The notes under the pieces: model-generated | Told to the model about the DNA's origin: nothing | Databases searched by the model: none | Seen by the model: only the letters and a program-made list of their open reading frames with translations | Part shown: positions 24,301-36,600 of the stretch, piece by piece | Layout: each line of letters opens with the position of its first letter | How positions within the stretch are numbered: position 1 is the stretch's first letter | Position numbers and translations under genes: made by a program | Assembly: GCA_002633005.1 (NCBI GenBank) | Contig: NMRA01000079.1 | Location: forward strand, 386,102 to 450,101 | Length of the DNA stretch: 64,000 bases | Origin: Phoronis australis | Taxonomy: Eukaryota; Animalia; Phoronida | Direction of reading: 5' to 3'

Positions 24301-27300
24301 TTCAATTGACTAAGTAACGGGCCTGTTATTTAGTGACTGCCTGGTTCTCTTAACTCTTATCCTGCGCTAGGCGAGGTCAGCCGACAAGCCAATTATCCTA
24401 TTAAAAGGCGTTGGGTGTACTCAATCGCCCATAATAAGCTACGGCTAGGCTGTGCAAGGAGGGTGTACTCACCCCAGGACACTGGTGTTTTTCATTCAGA
24501 AATTGTCAAAGCCCCATATGTTGTTTATATATGTGAGCATGCGCATTCCATAGTTCAATTTCCTGTACATTTTTTCTAATTTACAACATATGGCTGTGGT
24601 GAGTTATTACCGAAATATTTGAAAGTTTATAATGCAAGTTATATCATGGCTAGTGCCAAACGTGGTAAGATGATTGTTGACCAGTTTCTTGAGGAAGTGC
24701 TCATGGACTCAGATAGTGAAAATGAGCTGGAATTGGCACTACAAAGTGACGGTGACAGTGACGGGGAAACTAACACAACAGTCACAAGTAATACATAATT
24801 ATTCTATCGATTCGGATCTCAGTGCAGTTTTGGAGGAGTTATCGGTCCCTGAAGCTGAACTTGGAGGGGCCTATGACGATGCTTGGCTCACGCCTTTCAG
24901 GCATAATGCAGGGCCTCTGAAACATGATGGAACTCATTCAGAACTAGATATTTTTTGTGACTTTTTCACAGAATAGCTTTGTGTCCCCACCCGTGTTTCA
25001 AGTTGTTTCCACACCAAGGTGAACTTCAAAACAGACTGTAGCAAGCAATTGCACCAGTCATAAATTTGTAATCTTTCAAATTTGAGGTATGTTATATACT
25101 GTACATTCTTGTTTGTAGATGTGATGGAACAGACAATAAATCTGCATTAAAAACATGCAAGTCTCATGAATTCCCTGAAATCCTTATTACGGTTTTTGAG
25201 TGTCAGCTATAATGTTCAAAAAAAGGAGGTCCAGTTTGAAAGTTTATAGGTTTATTTACACCAAGGCTATGGTAAAGATATGCATATGGTGAAAATCTCC
25301 ATTAAATTCTGAACCATTTTTGTGCAGACTACTTTTATGTGAAGTTGACATTACCCCTTCAAATTTCCAATTTAAAAATGTTAGGTCATTAATCTGAGTG
25401 ACCTCCATAACAGCCCAGTGAACAGTGGCAGTGGTGACCTAATTAGCTCAGCATACAGGGAAAGTTATCTGAATAGAGGCTTAGCACGATAAAGGGTTAA
25501 ACCGGTACCACTGTATCCGACCACAGGCGTCCTCAGCTTCTGTTAGCGTCCCCAACACACTACATATAATACTACAAGGTATGACACTCGGGACTAGAAA
25601 TTCCACAGGTGCTTCGATTCTGCCGTCCATATCAAACACATAACTCAATAAATATACACAAAACAGGTACGGAAATTACCAATGAATTACGGATGGACGG
25701 CGTTATCGACATCGTGACTTTATGCGACAAACCGACAATTTCCGTACCGTCCTTGACCTCGCACCAACAAAGTGCAACGTGTTTGGGCTTTTTGGGAACA
25801 TTTGTGTGCTTTGACAGCAAATTTCTTGCGAACTCGCTGAAACAGGACACCGTGAATGGTATTATAATATGAAAGAACAATTTCTCATGGTTTGTTGAAC
25901 CCCTGTTTTGTGTAAATTTATTGAGTTATGCAGGGCTCGACATAACGAGCTGCAGGTCGCATTTGCGACCTGAAATTTGGAAATGCGAGCTGAGATTTTT
26001 GTCAGCTCGTATCAAGTCGCAAAATGCGACCTGTAATTTCCAACAAATGCGACCTGAGTTTTTACACTTCTCAACAGATACAAAGCAGCTCTTGTTAATC
26101 CGACCGTTATTTGGTCGTTGCCAAATCTAAGTTCAAAACAACACTAACCGAGAACAGCCCTCCCGATGACTTGTAAGCAAGTCGCGTGAACATGGGATAT
26201 GCAGAATCGATCTTTGACGCGTTTCATTGGCTAACACTTTCGGCCACTTTTGTAAATTCCCGGATTCGCTGAAGAAAGTTTTGGGCCACTGCTTAACACG
26301 TGATAAAACTTCACAAAACAACGGTGTTTCTACTATTACTTAAGCGATCAACTTACCAAACTTTGTGTGCACTGCAGCGCCGTTAGCGCGCAAGCGGTCC
26401 CGGCACACAATCGTGACTTAACTGAGATGTGCTTCTCCTATGACAACCTTATTAATCGCCAAGCGACGGTCACGTCTTTACTTTCATTTTGCCAAGAAAT
26501 TCTCAAACCCCTTACTTGTTTCTGGGGCTACATGTACGTGCGCGAAATATGATTTGTCTTTCACACGTTGTTACCAACGTAAAGTGTAGGCCTACTCCAG
26601 CGATTCAAGTGCGTGAACTCACGCGCGCGCACCACTTCAAAGAACAGCGACAGTCCTAAATGAAAGAGTATACTGGCTTGGCTCTGGTTTATTTGAAAAT
26701 AAACTCAGATTCCCAGCAGTTATAAAAGACCCGATGTACCAGGACCGATATAACCCAGAACTGACGTTTCCCTGTTCCGATGTTTCCCGAGGTCGATGTT
26801 CTGTAAACCCTGTATTCTATGCCCGTAGCCAGTTATTGCAACTAAACTGGCACTAGATGCGAAATTGTGATTCAAGTTAGCGAACTTTTCATTCTTCTCT
26901 TTATACACCCCGCCCTCCCCCCGGCAACTTTTTGTTCCCCGAACCACCGTCGCCGTAAAATGTTCAGACTCCTATAGAAACAACCTTGTTCCGGCTGAAG
27001 CGGGCAGTTAAAACAAAATCATTCCGGGTGGCTAAAAAGGGTACAATATAGGTGGTAACGATATCCAGAAGTCACCCCTACGAGATGGAGTTTGCCTCGC
27101 AAAATCGTATTATTATAACGTTTCTTACCATTGCAGCGTTTTAATATCTTATTACCGCAAACACTGAGGTTAACGACTATGCTCACGCACAAGCTTACTC
27201 CCTACCTTTAAAGTGTTTCATAATAAGCGCNNNNNNNNNNNNNNNNNNNNNNNNNNNNNNNNNNNNNNNNNNNNNNNNNNNNNNNNNNNNNNNNNNNNNN

Positions 27301-27978
27301 NNNNNNNNNNNTGAAGAAAATTTAATTTCGAAAATATCTTCTGAAAATGAACAAAAAAGTGCATTAGTAAAATCAACAAGTTTTTAAGTGGTCTCAAAAA
27401 AACAGTCGGTAAATGCATTAATTTTAGTCTCAGTTCTTCCACGCGTGTTTCTCCCGAGAGGTTAGCACCTAACGTGCAGACGAGCGTTCCAAATTGGAAC
27501 GCTAAGTCCCGCGTGGCAGCGCTGCACGCGAAACAAGATGGCGGACGACCTTTGGAGACTGACGACGAGAGGTAATCGGACTATAATATGAAAGAACAAT
27601 TTCTCATGGTTTGTTGAGCCCCTGTTTTGTGTAAATTTATTGAGTTATATGTGTTTGTTATGGATGGCGGAATCAAAGAACCCATGGAATTTCTAGTCCC
27701 GAGTGTTATACCTTGTAGTGTATTGGGGACGATCAGCTAAGGACGCCTGGGCTGTGTATCCGACCAGTGCCAGTGCCGTGGCAGTGCCGAAATCGGTTGA
27801 GTGAGCCATAAGTATTGCCGCTCACAACATCAGCAGTGCTTTGAGGGGTCTATACAGCATGAAGACAACCACAGGCAATCCGATCTACTGGATTTAGCAT
27901 TAACCAGGTGCAAAACATAATATTTTAATTACAGAATTTTTAACTTACTTGAATTAATCTCGCAGTGGCGGAAGCCAT
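18319..27978 (-). CDS. MRPS36: MRPS36/KGD4-like 2-oxoglutarate dehydrogenase complex adaptor, 92 aa; complement(join(18319-18336,20149-20300,20879-20957,27949-27978))
   Basis: Manual splicing gives MASATARLIQ|TVRPHVRSIKFPDRKASLDAASDVTF|AHGPAASPTPRPVSSATSIGSTPRGSVIEDLDLPLKYRRRPLDQIEIEYIE|RGGPP*. This matches recalled family motifs (VKPHxPLIRFPDRR; LPxKYRRxxxSxEExEFIQRGG). All introns are GT-AG and phases (0,1,0) are consistent. Confidence 0.9.
20149..20300 (-). CDS. MRPS36: MRPS36 exon 3 (...LPLKYRRRPLDQIEIEYIE)
   Basis: ttcacag| acceptor and |gtacgt donor; conserved C-terminal motif. Confidence 0.88.
20879..20957 (-). CDS. MRPS36: MRPS36 exon 2 (TVRPHVRSIKFPDRK...)
   Basis: tctttcttttccag| acceptor; donor |gtaccg is weak but phase-compatible. 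Confidence 0.85.
24354..25496 (+). mobile_element. Internally deleted piggyBac element with transposase N- and C-terminal relics
   Basis: TTAA at 24350-24353 and 25497-25500, a GGG 3' terminus and loose TIRs. From the ATG at 24646 there is an acidic N-terminus (EEVLMDSDSENELE), then WLTPFRHNAGP...SELDIFCDFF, fused to an LC..PCFKLF.HTK Cys-rich-domain tail; the DDD core is missing. Confidence 0.75.
25522..27756. mobile_element. Element with ~140-bp inverted arms, CA...TG ends and an 8-bp TSD (tatccgac), P- or hAT-like, containing further insertions and a gap
   Basis: 25522-25668 is the approximate reverse complement of 27621-27756; tatccgac occurs at 25514-25521 and 27757-27764. Confidence 0.7.
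25931..26070. mobile_element. Left end of a nested hAT-like element
   Basis: CAGGGCTCGAC terminus with repeated tgcgacc subterminal motifs; it interrupts the right arm of the host element. Confidence 0.55.
27949..27978 (-). CDS. MRPS36: MRPS36 first coding exon (MASATARLIQ)
   Basis: aagATGGCT start context followed by a consensus |gtaagt donor. Confidence 0.85.
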
Positions 27979-28474
27979 CTTAGCGATTGTTTTTCAGGTC
28001 TTCTGACGTACAAGAGTTTAATTTTTTGCGGTTTTTAAACTCTATTTTTCTAAATGAAGAAAATAACGAATGATACACATAGCCATGTGGGTTGAAATTA
28101 GTGTTCTACGATTATAAACTTATATTGATTTTGCTTCTAGAGCCTAATATTCGCAAAACAGAAATAAGATTAATGACCGCTAGATGGTGCGCTGCACTAA
28201 AAATAAAGGTCATGCACTTCCGACTTCACAGATAAGGGGAAGCTTTTGACGTGGTAACAGGAGAAATTGTATCTCCCGATAACTTCTGAAAGTTTCACTT
28301 CTGCGGAGTAAGATGATCGTCATTAATGATGTAACAATAGAGATGTATTTATCAACTTGAGAACTTTGCCGGAAAACTCGGGATTTTTGTTTCTAAGTGG
28401 ACTTCCGACGAGTTGTGTTAAACAGGTTTACTCGGCTGGTTGACACAACGTCAACGGGACTTGAGTCTTGAGGA
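27979..28474. promoter_or_regulatory. Putative bidirectional promoter and 5' UTRs between MRPS36 (-) and the PCSK5-like gene (+)
   Basis: 496 bp lie between divergent ATGs. The spacer has ETS-like acttccg motifs (~28216, ~28401), a CRE-like tgacgt (~28247) and a CTCF-like ccgctagatggtgcgctg (~28177-28194). Confidence 0.6.
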
Positions 28475-28648
28475 ATGTCGGCTGTTGTAAATTCTTTTAC
28501 GCTTTTGGCTTCCTGCTTCTTATTAACTTTGGTAGCTTCTGTCATTGGGCTGGATTTGTACACGAACCAGTGGGCTGTGGAAATTAAGGGCGGCCACAGT
28601 GTTGCAGAAGAAATAGCAAGGCAGCATGGCTTTAAAAACTTAGGACAG
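28475..28648 (+). CDS. PCSK5: PCSK5-like exon 1 (signal peptide and start of prodomain, [12 protein letters not shown]...GFKNLGQ)
   Basis: ATG, hydrophobic leader, conserved prodomain motif, |gttagt donor. Confidence 0.9.
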
Positions 28649-31600
28649 GTTAGTACTAGTTTCTCTCGTTTTAACACTTGCTTGTTGAGTTTGATCCACC
28701 AGTCCGTGACTGGTTTGCCTCATGAGATACAGAATCCATTTCAGTATTTTGTTGTAGTAAATCTTGTGTTTAATGGCATCTTAAATGAAATTATGGTGTT
28801 TTCATAGTCATTCAAGTTATTTTTTGTCATTTACTATTTTGAGTAGTTAAAGCTGTTGCCATAGTAATGATTTGTACAGTAAATGTCATCAATTATTAAC
28901 ATTGTTAGGTTTTGATGCCTGTACCGATGGTTTGGCAAATCTCTACAGGACTTATTATTTTAAAATAGTAAACCTTTGTTGTGGCAACTTATGTCAGACG
29001 AATCAATAGTTGAGAACATTTTTTTTGAAACTGTGATTTTGTTCTCCACCACAGAAGATTTAGAGTCCACAAAATTCATGAACGTGTTTTAAAGTCCCAG
29101 GCTGTGGGTCTCATCGTCACATCATTCAACCTCTGCCAAACATCCAAAATGTCATATTTTGCTAAAGAAAATGACTTATCTCGTAGGAGTTCAATCTCAT
29201 CAAATTGATTTTCAACCTTGATAGGTGAGCCAAACTCATCACTGCAAAATACAAAGTTGTTATTTCAAATCCAATCAGTTTGTGGACATCAGTTGGTGGC
29301 TGAATGAAGAAAAAGTTCCAGAAATTGGTTTTTGTCCCCTTGTTTTTCTTCTCAACATTCATTGACGAATTGATGTAATACCTAGAGTTATGTGGTTACA
29401 TGTTTACGTCTTAGTTGCATGTGGTTCATGAAAGTCGTGCATTGGACCAATAGAAAATGTACCTAAAAGTTAGGCTGACCTCAGAATCAAATGTTTGTAA
29501 AATCTTCAAAGCAAAATTTTTAGTGCTCATAAAATCAATTTACATCCCAGTGCATTATATCAAATGTCTGGCGCCTTATTTGTATAAAGTCTAGCCTCGT
29601 AGGAATTTCACCAACAGACGGTGCAGTTTAGATGAGCAAATCAGCTCAGAATGGATCATCAGTTTTGAAATTTGGATTCTTTAAAACCTTCTCTACAATG
29701 GAAACATATGAATGAACCAACAACCCTGTTCTGTTTCATGTTTACATTTTTGTAAACAGCTAATTTCAGCATCGCACACACGTGGGTGTATTATGCTGAG
29801 ATGTGGGTGTATAATATTGAGACAACAAAAATATTCATCTCACTGCAAAGACAACAAAAAGATTCATCTCACTGCAGTGAGATTGACCTTTGTATGCTTT
29901 GTTCGTCTGTACTGATTTTTATCAGCAAATAATTTTATATCAAAACGTACGAGCTGGGAAATGGTGAAAATATTCACGTGGCCATCGCTTCGTCGGTGTT
30001 ACCATGGTGCGGCGCATGTGGAAATATTTAGACAACTTTTAGGTTCACCAGTCAAACCATAAATGTGGCTTTCGGGACAAAATTGAATAATACAAGAAAT
30101 CTGCTATCTTAAAACCTAAATTTGTAAAAAAAAATGTGCAATGTTCTGTCTATTTCATGATTTACGCCATGTAATATACCTCAGAAAGTCTTAATTAAGA
30201 GAACCCATTTCACAGACAGTTGTAAATTTTTACACCAAAATTACAATGTATGGAATATGACCTCATCTTCAAATATAGCCTTCTTGTGTCAGCTTTAAAC
30301 TGTCTTCGTTGTCAACTTTATAAACAACTGACCATCATCTAGAAGAGAGTTTTTCTACTTCTAAATATTCATTGATAACCACATCTTGTGCAGGATTTGA
30401 TGACCTTGAGTGGTGGGACGTGACAGCGAATCTTATCTCCTCTCTCGCACTCAATTGCTATCAGCACTCCAGGGACCTTAGTGCTGTTGTTTTTTTCCCA
30501 TGTTTCACACTGATTTCACACGGCAATGGATTGAGATATTATTTTGTGCTGGGATGTCTACAACTGTTACACAGATGATTGCTTTCATTACTAATTGAGT
30601 AACATTAACATTGAAAGTTGCATTTTGCCCTGTGTATCTGGCTTTAAAATGAAAACTAAATTATGCCACTTAATCTAGAGTCAATTTTGTCTAATAATAT
30701 TCTTAATTGTGTACAGGTTTCTAATTTCATTACCTACAAGAACATTGGAACCATCTGCGACTCAAGACAATAGTTTTGGGTTTGTTAGGGTAATTGTGGA
30801 TTCAAAAACTTTTAAGAGGTAACAACTCTTTCATTATCAAGTCAAGATTGGATGAACGTCCGAGCATGTTTTTGAACTTCGAAGCCCTTTGCTTTGGCAT
30901 TCGTCATTGGCAGCTTAAGAATGGCGAAATACAACTTGAAGCTGGAAGAAACGATTTCATAATACATGTGATTTTGTTGGGAAGTTGGAGAAGTGACATT
31001 CCATTTTGCTGCCACATTTTCTCCTAAATTCGATCTTTCATCACAGACTGATCGTGGCGTAAGTTTACTTCTTGTACAGAAAACAAAAGTAAAATAATCC
31101 TGACCATTTTTGGCAATTATATTTGTCCAAAACTGGTGAAATTTTGTCATAATTGGGTAAATATCTTAAAGCAGTCTCACTGTCATGCAGGTAGCTTGCT
31201 TTTGAAGTCCAATATTGCTCATCTTTAGGTTAAGTACCGTTAGTTGAATCTTTTATCAACTTTCTCAACAAAAAAGCATTGAATACTTGAATGATCTTCA
31301 AAACTTTTAGTCTGTGAAATACCTTTAACTAAGAAAACAATACACTTGGTAAAATTCTGTTATTTCAAAAGGCAGTCAATCTTTTTAAAGTGCAAAGTAA
31401 TTATTTTGGCTGATTTTAAGATTCTTAGTTAGGTTATCACCAACGCAAAAGTGATCCTGTAACAATTTTCTGTTTCATTTCCAAAAATTGGCTTGGTATA
31501 CTATATATCTGGATTGTTTCTTATGAGCAAAGTGTTACTTCGATAACTTATGGAGCTTTCAAGAATTCACATGTAGATCTTGAGTGCTGAATTCCTGAAA

Positions 31601-33566
31601 TGTCCATCAATGGAAGTGGCCATCTTGAAGTCTATCACATCTGTTTCCCCAGTGCCTGGCATGTTCACAGAAGATGGTTTCAATAAAATTAGTGTGCCAC
31701 TGATTGGATTAATGAGTCCCTTCAACTTCCTTGGTTACGATCACAGACATGTTGTCATTCTTGCTCATGACAAATCAATAACCTGACCAGGAACAACAGG
31801 TTGTGCAATTTTTCATACGTTTACTATTGATTGTATCACTGTTTCACCATAGAATCTTCTTTGTAGTTTCTGTCAATTCCATGTATGGAAACTACATGTT
31901 TGGTTTCTTCTGACAAAATTTCAGTATTTATTCCTTTCACTGTCTTGACCCTAAGAATCGTTCACACCAAAGTTCTGCTGTCCAACTCCCCGTCCCCTGT
32001 TCCAAGAAAATTGACGTATATAAGACAAGTCTTGAATTTCAAGATAAAACTAAAATTTGTCTCAAGTCCATTTCTACAAAGAAGTCCTATGTTTGACTTA
32101 TTTTTTTACACAAGTTTTGTCATAATTTTGACTTACTAACCGAATGTGAAAGTTTCAAAGTTTGGAAGTTGAGACTTACGTTAGTCAAAAATGAACTTAC
32201 TGGTAAGTCACTTTAAAACAAGGTTTAAAAGTTGCAACTGTTGCATGGAACCCTCTGTAGGGGTACGTGGTTTAGTGAGATTAACTGTTGTGACTCAGTG
32301 GTTACACAGCATAAAATCATAGAGAATAACCGGTGATGCAACGTTTTCTTTCGTCCTAAGTGTATAACATCAAGGTGAATGATTGTCTGTCATTTATCAA
32401 ATTTCTTGAATTTAGGATGGCCAGTATTGCTGATTTTTTTATACAAGTTCCAACCTTGAGCAGAATAATTTAAATTTTCACCGCCCCAAACTAGAGAATT
32501 TTTGCCTTAGAGATTTAGTTAAGTCTTTGGAATACCTAGGCTTGGTTAAAATATTCAGTCAACCTAAGTTCTTGATAAATGTACCCGACATTATACAAAA
32601 TTCATGTGTGCGAAATGACAATCTTTTTCAGTTCATTCATTTGTCTATTGATTTATGATAACTTCCCAGGCAAGTAGTAATTTTTCATCTCTCCTTTTCT
32701 GTTTGACATCAGCAAGTGATTGTGTCCCGGGCAAGCCCAACACCAGTGTAACATGTTGTTTATGTTGCCTGCCCTCAATGTTTGATGAGGGCCTTTTCAG
32801 TGATCCCCTCATGAAGAGCTGTTGACCTACTTCTTATTGAGCACATACTTAGAAGTGTTTAGACTTGTTATTGAAATTCAGTTATGACTTTGTGAATGAA
32901 GACTATTGTCAAAGGAATTATCTAGATATTTAAAATCCCTCAACTCTCAGGAAAACATGCCAACCATGTAATTATAACTGGCATAGAATTAACAGTGTGT
33001 GAACTTAAAATTACGTAGAATCTCACTAAATTCGGACAAAAATAATCGACAAAAGTGTCCTTTCTTCATTTTCCAGTGCTTCTGATCTTGTTGTGAATGC
33101 GTACAAATTTTCAAAACTCTGTTTGATGGTAGTTGTGATACAAAACCTGAACATGGAAATTCATAATTTGGTGCTACATATCTTTCTTGGAAAAATGAAG
33201 AAAAAATCACATGTAGGCTATATTGTGTCCTAAATTGGTGAGATTTTGCCGCACTGGAATTTGAAAACTTAGGAGGATCGCACTTCAAGGTTATAAACAT
33301 TCGCTTTTGATAAAACATTTCATTTCTCTGAACTGGTTGCTGTGTACCATTTTCTGATAAAACCTAACACAGGTTGTTAAAGTTCATTCATATCTTTGAT
33401 GGTCCAATCCCGAAATCCAGTTTTTTGTATTATCGGTAGACAAAAAATTCGACAACACATGCCGTCCAGACTGCCATAATATTTCTTTCAGAAATTCAGC
33501 TGCTTCTTGTTTTAGATAGAAAGTTAAACCAGTTAATGATGTTGCAAATTAAGACTAATAGTACTC

Positions 33567-33614
<48 letters not shown>

Positions 33615-36600
33615 CCTTATCATGCTTGATCTGAAATTTGACTCTTACAAGGAAGTGTGAGTTTTTAGAAGAAACTGCTGTTGCAGTGGTAACCTTGGGT
33701 CACCGATGATTGACAGTTTGGGTGGGACCATTTTTTTCCTCCTTTAGACCAGGAAGTGAAATGCATGTTTTTGGTATTAACTGTTTTAGTAAATAATAAT
33801 GTGAAGAATCAATTTATATGTGTCGGTCTTATAATTATACCATACTTTTTAATACATTTATTAGCTCACAATAAGTGTTCATGGTATGATAAAATATATT
33901 GCCAGAATTCGTGCAATCCGCATATTGTGGGGGTCGTTTTTGGACTAAAAAAACAATGCCTCAATGAAGCACAGACTTTTGATATATTGTGTTATCTGAT
34001 ATCCACCCACACTAGATTTGTGATATTAAATACAAATCAAGCAGTGATTAGGTTGGCTGTTCTTTGATGAAGATTGTGTTATTGCGTGACCATCCGAATT
34101 TGTGGTTTGATATTTTATGTAACGAGTCATGTACAGTACAAGATGAAAGTAATTAGACAAAATACTGTTTCTCTGTTGTCACAGCAAAAATGACTGGTTA
34201 CGACGTTTGTGGCAAGAAATTCTAATTTCAGAATGGCTTAGCGTTCTTGTAAAATTCTCTTTCGTTATCGGCCATGAGAAAAAGCTACTCTGAGGATTAA
34301 TATGGGTTCCACCCAACTGTCACGATTGTTGAATTCTGGGTTATTTTGTTTTAAAAACTTTTGGCTTGTAATGTAATTTAATGTCAGTGTTGTAAATAAA
34401 ACTGGACATTGGCTTTAATATTGTGCTAAAAGATGACAGAATTATGGTTTGTCAAATATCTGTGAAATTTTGGAGCTTGGCTGATTTTCAAGTGACTTTT
34501 TGTCCAATTATGGTAACTTCTCAACAGTTTTGGACATAATTGCCAAAGTAGCCCTTTCTTCATTTTTCAATTGCTTCTAACATTGCTGTGAATGGCCACA
34601 GTTTTTCGAAATATTGTCTGGTTATTAACTATGATATGACAGAGCATCATTCTGGTACTATCAATGGGTCCTTCAGGAAAAAAATGAGATTATGAAATTT
34701 CGTCTGTCTTCCATATTGTATCCTAAATGAGAGTTTACCGTGTCTTTTTCAGTGTTGGGTTTTCTTTGATGAAATTCCTGAACTTCTTACCACCATAGTC
34801 TGTTTTAGCTATATAGCTTTCAACTTCTGAACATTCCTGCTACCAAAACCTATTCCGAATTTTGGTTGTTTTTATTATGTCTGGTGACAAAGTAAAAGTT
34901 GGTGGAGTTGGTTCTTTGTGCATGAGTTGTGATTCATCAGTTCTACACGTGTATCCTGTTGTGGCATTTGTGCACCAAATTTCTGGAATTGTTTTTACCC
35001 CCCCGGTAGGGTGAATGGGTTTCTGTGGAATAGTAAAATTCATTTTTTAGTGTTTTGTTCCCAAAATAGTACGGTGATTCTTCACTTAACACGCAACATG
35101 GCCGACAAGTGAAATGCTGTCTGTTGTTGTTTTAAATTTCTCCAGAAAAATAAAGTCTTCAGAAAATTTAAGTTTACTGCTAGGATTGCCTGCACTGTGT
35201 AGACATCTTAAAAACATTTGGAAAAGTTTCCATTATTCGTTGCAAGGTTATTAACCTTTGGAACTTGGAAATGATAATGTTGGCAATCGTTTTTGTGGGA
35301 AACAGGCGGAGAATTACCTCGCACAAAAGGTACTACCCATGTGGAATCCGAGTTCCTGCAATAGAATGCATGTGTCCAGTTGAGGACAAGAGTTCCAACC
35401 AGAAACTGACAGCTGCTATTTAGAAGGCAAACATTACCACATGGGTCATTCAAAAAGTAATACGGACAATTCAATTACCCACTGTTTCCCATTACTAAAG
35501 CATTTTGTCCATAACTGGGGCCAGCTTTACTCATCTTGTCCCAGCACACGTGCCAGACAGACGGGAGAGAGCCGCCCACACTACTGGCTATGTTCACAGT
35601 TTTATGTCCTTGAATGGTTGGTCTATTTGGAACAGAAAAATGTGGTTCTGACATTGAATTAGCAAATGTTTTGAGGTCAGCCCAAGGCCCATATTGCCAG
35701 TTGGTGATTTTGACACCTGTTTTCATACTGGAGGCTAGTAAACATCTGGAATAAGGATTGACATCACAATTTGTTTTACTGCCCATAGCAACTTGTTGGC
35801 ATGTATGTTGCCTATAGCAACTTGTTAGCATGTATGTTGCCTATAGCAACTTGTTAGCATGTAGCCTATGCCTGATGGATTTTTCATGTTTTTCTTTAGG
35901 TTATGTAGCACCTTATCATCCGGTCTTGATGTTCTTAAGTTGGCCAAATTTGGACATTTTTGTAAAGTCCTAAACCTTATTGTATCAACTAAAAATGTAA
36001 CTAGGTGATGGAAGTTGTGGTAACACGAGTCCTGTCCGTACCATGGTGTACCCAAGAATACCCCACCCCCTGTTTATCCAAGCACCCACACTAAACACTC
36101 ACTCTAGACCATTGTACCATGTGATTAATACTTAGATACCCTTTGTATGTCACTGAGCAAGTGCATAGCCAGTAATTACTCCCATGTTGTAGGAGTTATT
36201 TGTTTTTAGGGTATCTCCTAATGTGTATGGGGCTTCACTTCAGATAGAAGATGGTATTCAGTGTCCTACAATATTGCACATAAACCTTTGTCGTGTTGTG
36301 TTTAGGAACAAGTCTGCCTTATGTTGACCATTGCCCATGCATTGACATTTAAGAGCATTTCCAAATTTAAGTCGTGCTTACCCAGGGGCCTTGGGTCTAT
36401 TTTAAACATTTCAATGCAGTCATTGCCTTTTGACTATATCCGCATATTAAAACACGGTGCTTCAATACATCTTCAAATAAAATTATAACCTCCTCTTGTG
36501 TTTTGAGTTTGCGATAAGTTGTTCCCAAACTACGGAGACTCGCTTTAAGTGGTCACGCTTTAATTAGAGTGCCGTATGCTGTGGTAAAATCTTACCAATT

